From a virus, in IMG/VR virus record IMGVR_UViG_3300045974_000806, positions 1-64,000 of that record: 64,000 bases of DNA; one strand, given 5' to 3'. The position numbers and the translations under genes were made by a program. This document shows, in pieces, positions 29,206 to 37,588 of this stretch; the first letter of the stretch is position 1, and every line of letters begins with the position of its first letter. The notes under the pieces were generated by a model that searched no databases, was not told where the DNA came from, and saw only the letters and a list, made by a program, of their open reading frames with translations.

Positions 29206-29595
29206 GTGATGCTTCACGTCAACGCGTCGTTGGCGGAATTGCTGCGTCTGCGCAGCACGTTCCAAGCCTATGTCCGTCTGGATGTTGCCCTGATGGATAT
29301 GTGCCACGGGGACCCTGCCGCGGCCCTGTTGCTGTCCTACGCCCTGGACCTCTACGTGGTGCATGCCGGCACCGCGGTGGACGGCTGGTGGCCCATGCCC
29401 TGGGCCGGCGTCACCGCGGTCACGCGCCTCCCGCCCAAGCGGGCTGCCACGGCCATGGGCCGGCTGAAGGCCCTGGGATTCATCCAGGCAGAGGTGCGTC
29501 GGGTTCCGGATGGCCGCACCGGGCAGTTCGTCCGGCTCAGTGAGCCCATCCTGCTGGGAGCGTGGATGCGCCGGGTCCATGGGGGCCAAAAGTGA
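29206..29595 (+). CDS. Winged-helix protein resembling N-terminus of phage replication initiators
   Basis: AAALLLSYAL...GWW...TRL...AMGRLKALGFI...R.P pattern as in lambdoid initiator wHTH domains; adjacent to iteron-like repeats. Confidence 0.6.
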   Translation: MMLHVNASLAELLRLRSTFQAYVRLDVALMDMCHGDPAAALLLSYALDLYVVHAGTAVDGWWPMPWAGVTAVTRLPPKRAATAMGRLKALGFIQAEVRRVPDGRTGQFVRLSEPILLGAWMRRVHGGQK

Positions 29596-30044
29596 AAAAC
29601 CTCAATGATATTAGGGAAACCCCGATTCGGGGTTTCCGGAAAACAGCAGCGTTCACGGGCACATGCGCGGTTCCGGAAGCGCGGGCTCCGCGGGTGGAGT
29701 TGCCAGAAACCCCAATGAAATTAGGGAAACCCCGATTCGGGGTTTCCCAACTTGAAGACGACTTGAAGACGACTTCAACGCGTGTTGAAACCGACTTCAA
29801 TACGTTCAATCGGTATATCCGGAAGAACCGGATCTTCCGGAGAGAGACAAGATCAAAACCAATGGCCCTGAACGGTTGTTCAGTGCTAGCACGGGAGGGG
29901 GAAAAGGGTGCAAGTCACCTTTTGAAAACCTGCCGTGAAAGGGCCATCACTGGCTGCGCCAGTAGAGGGCCTGCGGGCTGCTGCGCAGCCCTCCGGCCCT
30001 CCCAGGATGCTTGGCTGACACGCTGGGAAGGATTCAGGCCATGA
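29592..30044 (+). CDS. ORF spanning the putative origin (initiator linker/C-terminal-like)
   Basis: GTG 29592 overlaps upstream TGA and its TGA overlaps helicase ATG 30041, so it is coupled at both ends. Confidence 0.45.
   Translation: MKNLNDIRETPIRGFRKTAAFTGTCAVPEARAPRVELPETPMKLGKPRFGVSQLEDDLKTTSTRVETDFNTFNRYIRKNRIFRRETRSKPMALNGCSVLAREGEKGASHLLKTCRERAITGCASRGPAGCCAALRPSQDAWLTRWEGFRP
29597..29841. repeat. Putative replication origin: two 41-bp repeats with 23-bp palindromes, five 11-bp tandem units and an inverted repeat
   Basis: GGAAACCCCG-ATT-CGGGGTTTCC at 29615 and 29725; 11-mers ACTTGAAGACG x2, ACTTCAACGCG, TGTTGAAACCG, ACTTCAATACG (29750-29804); TCCGGAAGA-n6-TCTTCCGGA at 29818-29841; locally AT-richer. 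Confidence 0.7.
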
Positions 30045-31600
30045 CCCATAGCTACCCACCCCCCGGAAGCGAACGTCAAGCCTGGGCCGGCCCAGGGGCC
30101 TTGGTTGAAAGGGGCAACACCTGGGCGCGGCTGTCCAACCTCCCGCCCCAGACGGTGGCCGCGGTGGATGCCGCCACGTCCTACGCCACCGCCCAGGTGG
30201 ACACCGGCGGGTGGCGTCCCCCGGAAGCGGTCATGGGCGAGGAGGTGTGGGACGGCTGGGTCCATCTGGCCCGGTTCCCCGCCCCGGGCGTGGCCCTGGT
30301 GCCGGCCGGCCTGCTGGAACTGGCCCAGGCTGCCCTGGCGTCCACCGGCGTGCAGGCCCAGGTCGTGGACCACCGGGTCCGGACGGAGCCCGGCGTGCCG
30401 GACCCCGCCACCATTCCGCTGCGCCCCTACCAGCGCGCCGCGGTGGCGGCCCTGATGGATGCCGGCCAGGGCGTGCTGGACATGCCCCCACGTTCCGGAA
30501 AGACGCGCACGGCCATTGAGGCGGTGCGGCAGGTGGCGTTGCCGGCCCTGTGGATTGTCCCCACGCTCAACATTGGCAAACAAACGCAGGCCGCCGCGGA
30601 AGAGTTCATGGGCCGCAACTGGGCCGTGTTCGTTTCCGGAAACGCCGCGGCGGAAGAGGCCGCCGGCGCCCCGGTGGTGATTGTCACGCCCAACACGGCC
30701 GCGGCCCTGTCGGACGCCTTCTACGCCACGCGCAAGGTGCTGGTGATGGATGAATGCCACCACCAAGCCGCGTCCACGTGGCGGACCATCTCCAACCGCA
30801 CGCCGCACATCTGGTGGCGGTGGGGCATGTCCGGAACCTTCTTCCGGAGCGGGGAGGATGACCTTGCCATGCGCGCGGTCCTGTCCCGCGTGGTCTACCG
30901 GGTGACCGCCCAGGAACTGGTGGACATGGGGAACCTTGTGACCGGGGACGTGGTGTTCCTCCCGGTCCTGTGCGCCCTGGTGCCGTCCAGCCCGGGCAAG
31001 TCCTTCCAGGCCGGCGTGGGGGCCAAGGGAATCTTCCGGAATGACTTCCGGTCCCAGCTTGCCGCCTGGGCCGCGGCCAGCCTGTGCGCCGCCGGCAAGC
31101 GCACGGTGGTGCTGGTGGGGACCAAGGAGCAGGGCAGGACCATCACGGAGGCGCTGGAAGCGGCCCTGCCCAGGGACACAACCAGCCCCTGGAAGGCGGC
31201 GGAGTTCATCTCCACAGACCGCCCATCCAAGGTGTGCCAGGACGTCCTGGCGGCGTTCACCGCCGGCAACGGCGTGCGCGTGCTGATTGGCACGTCCATG
31301 ATCGGGGAGGGCACGGACCTCCCGACATCGGACGCGCTGGTGTACGCGATGGGCGGCAAGGCGGAGGTGAGCCACACGCAGGCCGCCTACCGCGTGATCA
31401 CCGCGGTCCCAGGCAAGCGCCGCGCAATCATCGTGGACTTCGCAGACCGTCACAACCCGACGCTGCTCCGCCATTCCGAGGAACGCCTGCGCACCTACGT
31501 GGGACAGCCGGTGTTCCGGACGCACGTGTTGCAACAGGTGGAAGAGTTCCAGGGTTGGCTGCAACACGGTGAGACGTTTTTGCCCCAGCCCACTACCTAG
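30041..31600 (+). CDS. Superfamily 2 DExH helicase (UvsW/XPB-like)
   Basis: LRPYQ Q-motif, PPRSGKT Walker A, DECHH, GMSGT, EGTDLP. Confidence 0.92.
   Translation: MTHSYPPPGSERQAWAGPGALVERGNTWARLSNLPPQTVAAVDAATSYATAQVDTGGWRPPEAVMGEEVWDGWVHLARFPAPGVALVPAGLLELAQAALASTGVQAQVVDHRVRTEPGVPDPATIPLRPYQRAAVAALMDAGQGVLDMPPRSGKTRTAIEAVRQVALPALWIVPTLNIGKQTQAAAEEFMGRNWAVFVSGNAAAEEAAGAPVVIVTPNTAAALSDAFYATRKVLVMDECHHQAASTWRTISNRTPHIWWRWGMSGTFFRSGEDDLAMRAVLSRVVYRVTAQELVDMGNLVTGDVVFLPVLCALVPSSPGKSFQAGVGAKGIFRNDFRSQLAAWAAASLCAAGKRTVVLVGTKEQGRTITEALEAALPRDTTSPWKAAEFISTDRPSKVCQDVLAAFTAGNGVRVLIGTSMIGEGTDLPTSDALVYAMGGKAEVSHTQAAYRVITAVPGKRRAIIVDFADRHNPTLLRHSEERLRTYVGQPVFRTHVLQQVEEFQGWLQHGETFLPQPTT
31569..31599 (+). 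promoter_or_regulatory. Phage-specific promoter-like motif copy 1 (GTGAGACGTTT-N11-CACTACCTA)
   Basis: Identical bipartite motif at four operon starts. Confidence 0.75.
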
Positions 31601-31700
31601 AGTATTGAAGGGGAGCCATAAGGCCCCCTCCGAGGCCCAGGGTGCGTGACTCCATCACTCCACCACCCTGGGCAATCTTTCCCACCTTCCGGAGGAACCC

Positions 31701-32111
31701 ATGAGCAAAGACGGCAAGTTCAGGCTTGGCATCGACATGCACGACGAACAGTTGCGGGTGGCCATGGGCGACCCCAACCGGCTGGCCCTTTGGGCGGAGC
31801 AGACGGGGCGCGGGTTCATTGTGCTCAACACGCGCCACCTCATCCGCGCGCTGGAATGGCCCGCCGGCATCCAACTGGTGCAGCAGGTGGTGAGCGCCTA
31901 CCGCGACTTCCGCCGGACCCTTCCGGATGCGTACCGGGAACAGGTGACCGCCACGGACCACGCCACCGGCCGGCAGGTCACGGTGGAGACGGACGTCATG
32001 CTGGACGAGACGCCCAGCCTGGACGAGATTGCCGCGCTCCGGAAGCAGTTGGATGACATGGAGGCGGACGTTCGCGCGGACCTGGGCCGGCGCAAGGCGG
32101 TGCGGTCATGA
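31701..32111 (+). CDS. Hypothetical protein
   Basis: GGAGGA RBS; ATGA coupling to next gene. Confidence 0.7.
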   Translation: MSKDGKFRLGIDMHDEQLRVAMGDPNRLALWAEQTGRGFIVLNTRHLIRALEWPAGIQLVQQVVSAYRDFRRTLPDAYREQVTATDHATGRQVTVETDVMLDETPSLDEIAALRKQLDDMEADVRADLGRRKAVRS

Positions 32112-32515
32112 GCGGCCCGTGGCTCCCTCCGTTGCCGTTGTCTTACGTGCCGCCCGCCACCCCGGACGGCCCCAGCAAGAGCGCGCCCGGGCAGAAGAAA
32201 CGGAAGAACTACGGGCCGGAGAGTGAGATGTGGGACGCGCTGAAGGGAACGCGCGTCCACATCCGCCTGCTGGACGGTGACCTTTGCTGGGGCGTCCTGG
32301 CCTGGGTGGACGTGTTCACCATTGCCGTGGACCTTGACTCGTTCCTGGCGGGGAAGCGCCTCGACTACGCGGCAAGCCGTGTCAACCCACCGCGCCGGAG
32401 GATGATCTACAAGCACGCCATCTCCGACGTGGGCGAGTCCCGCTCCCAGGTTCCGGAAGAGGACCCGGAAGGCCGGCACACCATTCCCCTGGACTCGGAC
32501 GTGCGCCGGCCATGA
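32108..32515 (+). CDS. hfq: Hfq-like (Sm-fold) RNA-binding protein
   Basis: Sm1-like DALKGTRVHIRLLDGDLCWGVLAWVDVFTI and the Hfq Sm2 signature MIYKHAISDV. Confidence 0.8.
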   Translation: MSGPWLPPLPLSYVPPATPDGPSKSAPGQKKRKNYGPESEMWDALKGTRVHIRLLDGDLCWGVLAWVDVFTIAVDLDSFLAGKRLDYAASRVNPPRRRMIYKHAISDVGESRSQVPEEDPEGRHTIPLDSDVRRP

Positions 32516-33126
32516 GCGCGCTGGCCTTCACCCTGGTGGAGGATTGGAACGTCTACCTGATGCAGACGTTCCACGTTCACCAGATGCGCGCCCAGGGGCG
32601 CTACATCGGGACCCGCCGGCCCAATGCGGCCAACGTGGCCATGATGGATGCCATGGTGGAATGGTGCCGCGGCCGGGCCATTGAGCCGCGCCAGTGGCTG
32701 TTCTTCCTGTTCAAGCGCACCAACTGGCGGTTCCCCCCGAAGTGGCAAGAGGGCTACCTGATGAGCGAGGCGGCGGCAAAGAAGTTCCGGAAGCCGGCCA
32801 AGTACAGCCTTGCGTTCTTCCGCCGGCGGATGGGCGCCGCGGCGGTGGTGGATGACGCCGCCTATGACCCCAACCGGGACATCACGCCGGCAACGGAAGC
32901 CCTCAAGGCCCGCTACGCGGAAAGCGGGCAGCAGATGCGGTGCCTGGATGAAACGCTGGTGCGCACCGCCGGCTTCCATCCGCAGTCCCGCGTGTGCGCC
33001 GCGTGCAAGCTGTCCCAGGAATGCGCCCTGGCCCTGGAAGCCGCGGCACCGTTTGCCATCCTGGCCCTCCGTTCCGGAATAATCACCAGCAGCGAAGCTG
33101 AAAGACAGGCCGTCCTCCATGACTGA
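32512..33126 (+). CDS. Hypothetical replication-module protein with C-terminal Cys cluster
   Basis: Directly upstream of and overlapping helicase; C-x2-C-x5-C. Confidence 0.65.
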   Translation: MSALAFTLVEDWNVYLMQTFHVHQMRAQGRYIGTRRPNAANVAMMDAMVEWCRGRAIEPRQWLFFLFKRTNWRFPPKWQEGYLMSEAAAKKFRKPAKYSLAFFRRRMGAAAVVDDAAYDPNRDITPATEALKARYAESGQQMRCLDETLVRTAGFHPQSRVCAACKLSQECALALEAAAPFAILALRSGIITSSEAERQAVLHD

Positions 33127-34621
33127 TGCGCCACCGCCCATCCGGCGCCGCGGAATCCAGAACCCCCAGCAGCCGGGCCTCACGTCCCAGGACACGGAGC
33201 ACCTTCCCCTGGACGCGGACTTCCAGGGCGTGCTCATCAAGATGCTGTTGGAGGACCACGACCTTGCCGCGGGCCTGGGTGGGCACCTCCACCCCACGTT
33301 CTTTGCAAGCCCGGTCCACCGGTGGGCCTGGGACTATTGCCTCCGGTACAAGCAGGACATTGGCGGCTACCCAACGCTGAACTTCCTTGTGTCCTCCGCC
33401 GGCCAGATGCCCGGCAGCGGCCCGCTGTTCTCCGCCACCCTGGCCCAGATTCGGGACCGGCCCATCACGGACGAGGTGGCCGTGCGCACGCAGGCCGTGG
33501 ACTTCATCCGCCGCAGCGTGTTCAAGCGCGCGGTGCTGGACAGCAAAGACCTGTTCAACGCCGGCAAGTACGGCGCCGCCTATGACCTCATGAAGGAACG
33601 CATGGGCGTGCTGGATGCCGTGAGCATTGAGCCGGTGAGCCGCGCGTGGTTCTCGGAAGAGTTCGTGTCCCGCCACATCGAACGCCAGGACCCCACCTAT
33701 CAGGCCAGCGCCATTGCCACCGGCATCCCGCCGCTGGATGGCCGGCCACCCCAGGGCGTGCTGGACGGCGGGTTGCACCTGGGTGAACTGGGCCTGTGGA
33801 TTGCCTATCCCAAGGCCGGCAAGACCACCATGTTGATCAACCTGGGCGCGGTGGCCGTGCGCACGCAGCGCAAGAGGACGCTCCACATTGTGCTTGAGGG
33901 CAGTCTTTCCTACGTGGAGGCCCGCTATGACAGCGTGTTCACCGGTGAACTCTACGTCAACGTGAAGCGGGGCGAGGTGGACGCCCAGAAGTACGCGCGC
34001 GCGTTTGCGGAGATGCAGGAACTCCGGCGCATGCTTGTCATCCGCGACTTCACAAAGACGGGTGACGCCAACATCACGCACGTGGACGGGGAACTGCGGG
34101 ACCTTGCCCGCGGCTTTGGGTTCCAGCCGGAATTGATCGTGCTGGACTACGTGGACCTGCTCCAAGCCAAGTACCGCTATGAGCGCGAGGTGGAGGCGGC
34201 CAAGGCGGCCATGCAAGACTTGAAGAACCTTGCCAACCGCGGCTACGCGGTGTGGAGCGCGTCCCAGGTCCAACGCCCGACGGACGATGAGTACCAGCAC
34301 CGCCAGCACACCCTGGTGAGCAAGAACATTGCGGACTGTTACGCCAAGGTGCGCATTGCTGACTTTGTGGGGAGCATCAACCAGACGGTGGCGGAGCGGG
34401 AACAGGGCGTGATGCGCCTCTTTGCGGAACTGTACCGGGACGGCCCCAGCGGCGTGAACATCCAGATCAACACGGACTTCACCACCATGACGTTCAGCGG
34501 CGGTTCCGCGGTCGTCACGCCGGCACCTGGGCCTGAGCGTTCAACGGACGCGTCAGTGCAGGCAACCAAGCCCATGCTCTACAAGACCGGAGGCTACCAA
34601 CAGAAGCGCGGAGTGACGTGA
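33119..34621 (+). CDS. dnaB: Replicative DNA helicase (DnaB/T4 gp41-like)
   Basis: IATGIPPLD, AYPKAGKT, HIVLE, LIVLDYVDLL, WSASQ motifs. Confidence 0.92.
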   Translation: MTDAPPPIRRRGIQNPQQPGLTSQDTEHLPLDADFQGVLIKMLLEDHDLAAGLGGHLHPTFFASPVHRWAWDYCLRYKQDIGGYPTLNFLVSSAGQMPGSGPLFSATLAQIRDRPITDEVAVRTQAVDFIRRSVFKRAVLDSKDLFNAGKYGAAYDLMKERMGVLDAVSIEPVSRAWFSEEFVSRHIERQDPTYQASAIATGIPPLDGRPPQGVLDGGLHLGELGLWIAYPKAGKTTMLINLGAVAVRTQRKRTLHIVLEGSLSYVEARYDSVFTGELYVNVKRGEVDAQKYARAFAEMQELRRMLVIRDFTKTGDANITHVDGELRDLARGFGFQPELIVLDYVDLLQAKYRYEREVEAAKAAMQDLKNLANRGYAVWSASQVQRPTDDEYQHRQHTLVSKNIADCYAKVRIADFVGSINQTVAEREQGVMRLFAELYRDGPSGVNIQINTDFTTMTFSGGSAVVTPAPGPERSTDASVQATKPMLYKTGGYQQKRGVT

Positions 34622-35691
34622 TGGATGAACTGACCCTGGCCCTTCAACGGTTTGACCTGCTGGCCTACGTGGAGGCCAAGGGCGCGGTGAAGGACGGCCG
34701 TGACGAGATGGTGTTGTTTTGCCCGCAGTGCGAGACGGAGAAGCTGACCGTGAACCCGCACAACCGCATGTGGCGGTGCTTCCGGTGTGAGTACCTGACG
34801 GAGACGGGCGCGCTGCACGGCGCCAAGCCCCGGGGCAACGTGTTCCAACTGGTGGAGTGGCTGGAAGGCACGTCCAAGCGTGACACCGCGCGGTTCATCC
34901 TTGAGCGCGCTTCCGGACAGACCGCGGACGCCATGGCCGGCCCCCTGGTGACGGACTTTGCACCGGTGGTGACGCACGCGCTCAAACGCCCCACGGGCCT
35001 TCCGGAATCTTGTGTTGCAATCACCGCAATCTTGCCGTACATGAAACGGCGCGGCATCACATTGGAGGACGCGGCGATGTTTGGCTTGGGGCATGTGCCG
35101 GCGGAGGCGGGCGGGTGGTTGGCCAACCGGATCATCTTTCCGGTGTGGGACCGCGGCCAGTGTCTCTATTGGCAGGCCCGCGCGTGCTGGGACGTGCATG
35201 AGCACGTGGCCCGCTGGCCCGGTGACAAGTTCCGGAAGAGCCTGAACCCGTCCAGTGAGCGCAACGGCCAGTTCTTCCTGGGTTCGTCTGACGTGGTGGG
35301 CAACTTGGAGAGCGCAGTGGCGTGCAGCCCGCGCCCGGTGATCGTGGAAGGCCCCACGTCCGGAATCCGCACAGGCCCGGACGCCATGTGGACGTTCGGC
35401 AAGAACCTCTACCCGGCCCAGGTGGTGCGGATGGTGGAGCACGGCGTGCGCGCGGTGGACTTCATGTGGGACGGCCCGTCCGCTCCGGACGCCGCCGGCG
35501 TGCGCAAGGAGCCCCTGGGCGCGTGGCCGGACATGCTGCGCCACGCCCCCACGCTGGTGAGTGCCGGCATTGACGTGCGCGTGGTGTTCATCCCCCAGGG
35601 GGACCCGGGCGACTATTCCAGGGCAGAAGTGGCGGAGATGCGGCGGGTTTGGTCCCGCCCGTTCGCGGAGGTGTCAACGTGGTCGCTGTGA
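34618..35691 (+). CDS. DNA primase (Zn-finger + TOPRIM)
   Basis: CPQC...CFRC; RIIFPV...QAR; IVEG...MWDG...GDPGD. Confidence 0.9.
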   Translation: MMDELTLALQRFDLLAYVEAKGAVKDGRDEMVLFCPQCETEKLTVNPHNRMWRCFRCEYLTETGALHGAKPRGNVFQLVEWLEGTSKRDTARFILERASGQTADAMAGPLVTDFAPVVTHALKRPTGLPESCVAITAILPYMKRRGITLEDAAMFGLGHVPAEAGGWLANRIIFPVWDRGQCLYWQARACWDVHEHVARWPGDKFRKSLNPSSERNGQFFLGSSDVVGNLESAVACSPRPVIVEGPTSGIRTGPDAMWTFGKNLYPAQVVRMVEHGVRAVDFMWDGPSAPDAAGVRKEPLGAWPDMLRHAPTLVSAGIDVRVVFIPQGDPGDYSRAEVAEMRRVWSRPFAEVSTWSL

Positions 35692-35930
35692 AGAAGAAGC
35701 GCGCCGGGAAGTTCCAGCATCCGGAACGGCGCAAGATGACTGTCCTGCTGGCTCCGGAACTGTATCGGGGCCTGGAAGACGTCTGCCAAAGCATGGGCGC
35801 GTCAAAGAACACCGTGGCGCTCATGGGCATTGCCTGGATGACGTATCTTCTCCATGGGATGCGTGAAGGGGACACGCGGATGGCCAAGCACGTGTTGTTG
35901 AAGCACCTTGAAACATGCCTTCCTGGGTGA
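35679..35930 (+). CDS. Ribbon-helix-helix-like DNA-binding protein
   Basis: GGAGG RBS; KMTVLLAPELYRGLEDVCQSMGASKNTV pattern. Confidence 0.55.
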   Translation: MVAVKKKRAGKFQHPERRKMTVLLAPELYRGLEDVCQSMGASKNTVALMGIAWMTYLLHGMREGDTRMAKHVLLKHLETCLPG

Positions 35931-35979
35931 GCCGGGAAGTGCTTTGGCCCGGCCGGACGGCCCGGGCGCGGAGTGATGG

Positions 35980-36435
35980 ATGGACCAGACCAAGGCGGTG
36001 CGCGCCCTCGCGCGCAAGTTCCGGCGTTCCAGCGATGACGACTGGGATGGCCTGACACAGGAAGACTGGGAGCAGGAACTCCGGATTGCGTGGTGGCTGG
36101 CGGAGAAGTCCGGAAAGCCACCGGTGCTGGGCGCCTACTTCCGCGCCAGGGAATTGCAGCGCACCCGCTGGGCCGCGTTCCGGATGCGTGAAAGGGTCCT
36201 GGCGGTGCAGCACCTCCAAAAGGAGGCGGACCCGCTGACGGACCCCGCCCAACACACGTCGGCTTGTATCCGGAATGCCCACAGCCTACTGTCTCCGGAA
36301 CTGTGGGACGTGATGAACTGCATGGGCGCTGGGATGTCCACACCTGAAGTGGCGGCGGAGTTCGGTTGGACCCGCGCCACAGCAGGCCGGCGCATCCAAG
36401 CGGCCCGGGAGCAGGCCCACCACATCCTGAAGTAG
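35980..36435 (+). CDS. ECF/sigma70-like phage transcription factor
   Basis: Region-2-like ARKF...EDWEQE..IAWW and region-4 HTH GMSTPEVAAEFGWTRATAGRRIQAAR. Confidence 0.65.
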   Translation: MDQTKAVRALARKFRRSSDDDWDGLTQEDWEQELRIAWWLAEKSGKPPVLGAYFRARELQRTRWAAFRMRERVLAVQHLQKEADPLTDPAQHTSACIRNAHSLLSPELWDVMNCMGAGMSTPEVAAEFGWTRATAGRRIQAAREQAHHILK

Positions 36436-36444
36436 GAGCGGACC

Positions 36445-37464
36445 ATGCCGGTGCAGATCAAGCGCGACGAACGGACGGACGAATCCCTGGTGACGGACCA
36501 ACCCTGTTACGGGGAGATGTTCGCCGCGGATGACCCGGAGTGCCGGCACAACTGCGCCGCGCGGGACCTGTGCATGGACCGGACCCTGCGCGCCACCATT
36601 CCGGAACGCATGGGCCTCAAGCAGGTCCCCAACGTGCCGGCCAGCTACACCGCCCAGCGCATTGCCCTGGTGCTGGATTCGACGGAGCAGACCGCCCAGG
36701 CCCTGGTGGACCTGCGCCGCGGGAAGACCCCGGATCTTGCGCTGGGCATCACCACCCCAGAAGACGACGACACCGCGGCGGACATTGATGCCGTGGTTGA
36801 CATGGTGTCCACCATGCAGGCACAACCGCCTGCCATTCCGGAACATCCGGAACCCGCACCCAAGGAGACGGCGATGAAGAAGCCGGAGAAGAAGAAGGCC
36901 GCCGCGAAGGTGGCAAAGAAGCCGGCGGCAAAGAAGGCCGCCCCCAAGAAGACCCCCGCCCCCAAGAAGGCCAAAGTGAAGACGGCCAAGGCCATCAAGG
37001 GTGAGGCGGACGAAGCGTCCCTGGGCGCCTGGACGCGTGAGCGCGCGCGTTCCGCCTGGGTGCGCGGACTGCCCCCTGGCGCCGCGTTTGAGCGTGAGTT
37101 CCACGGCAAGGTCTACACCCTCAAGGTGGACCTGACAGACCGCCGCTACCTGCTGAACGGCAAGCCCTTCCCCACCGTCTACGCGGCCACCGCCGCGGTG
37201 GTGGGCAAGGCCGAGTCCGCCACGGCAGACGGCGGGACCCGCACCATGCCGGCGTGGTCCTCCCAGCGGTTCTGGGCTCCCAAGAGCAAGGCCAAGGGCA
37301 AGGCCGCCGGCAAGAAGGCCGCGCCCGTCAAGAAGGCCAAGGGCAAGGCCGTCAAGGTCAAGCCGGTGAAGGCGCCCCAGGTTCCGGAAGCCCCCAAGGC
37401 GCCGGCCCTGCCCCCGCCCATCACCAAGCCTTCCGCGGTTCCGGAACTGGCCCTGGCCGGCTGA
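36445..37464 (+). CDS. Histone H1-like Lys/Ala-rich protein with DUF2924-like domain and N-terminal Cys cluster
   Basis: KKAAAKVAKKPAAKKAAPKK tracts flank LPPG..FEREFHGK.Y.LKV....Y.LNGK.F.TVYA....V.....WS..RFW; N-terminal CYG...C...C.....C. Confidence 0.7.
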   Translation: MPVQIKRDERTDESLVTDQPCYGEMFAADDPECRHNCAARDLCMDRTLRATIPERMGLKQVPNVPASYTAQRIALVLDSTEQTAQALVDLRRGKTPDLALGITTPEDDDTAADIDAVVDMVSTMQAQPPAIPEHPEPAPKETAMKKPEKKKAAAKVAKKPAAKKAAPKKTPAPKKAKVKTAKAIKGEADEASLGAWTRERARSAWVRGLPPGAAFEREFHGKVYTLKVDLTDRRYLLNGKPFPTVYAATAAVVGKAESATADGGTRTMPAWSSQRFWAPKSKAKGKAAGKKAAPVKKAKGKAVKVKPVKAPQVPEAPKAPALPPPITKPSAVPELALAG

Positions 37465-37510
37465 GATACGCAACGTCGGTCAGACCGGACTTGGACCGAC
37501 GTTATGTATC
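37465..37510 (+). promoter_or_regulatory. Long intergenic hairpin upstream of DNA polymerase
   Basis: GATAC-gc-AACGTCGGTC pairs with GACCGACGTT-at-GTATC. Confidence 0.55.
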
Positions 37511-37588
37511 AGTTCCTGCAACAACCCCGTGACCTGACGGGCCGCGCTGCATGGTGAGTGCAGGCGGCAGCAGGGGAGGTGGTTCCCA

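Noticed and set aside
24221-31567. Very long minus-strand ORFs (936, 679, 550 aa; also 37502-39613 and 40181-42250)
   Set aside because: They are antisense shadows of high-GC plus-strand genes, are His/Arg/Gly-rich and lack recognisable motifs.
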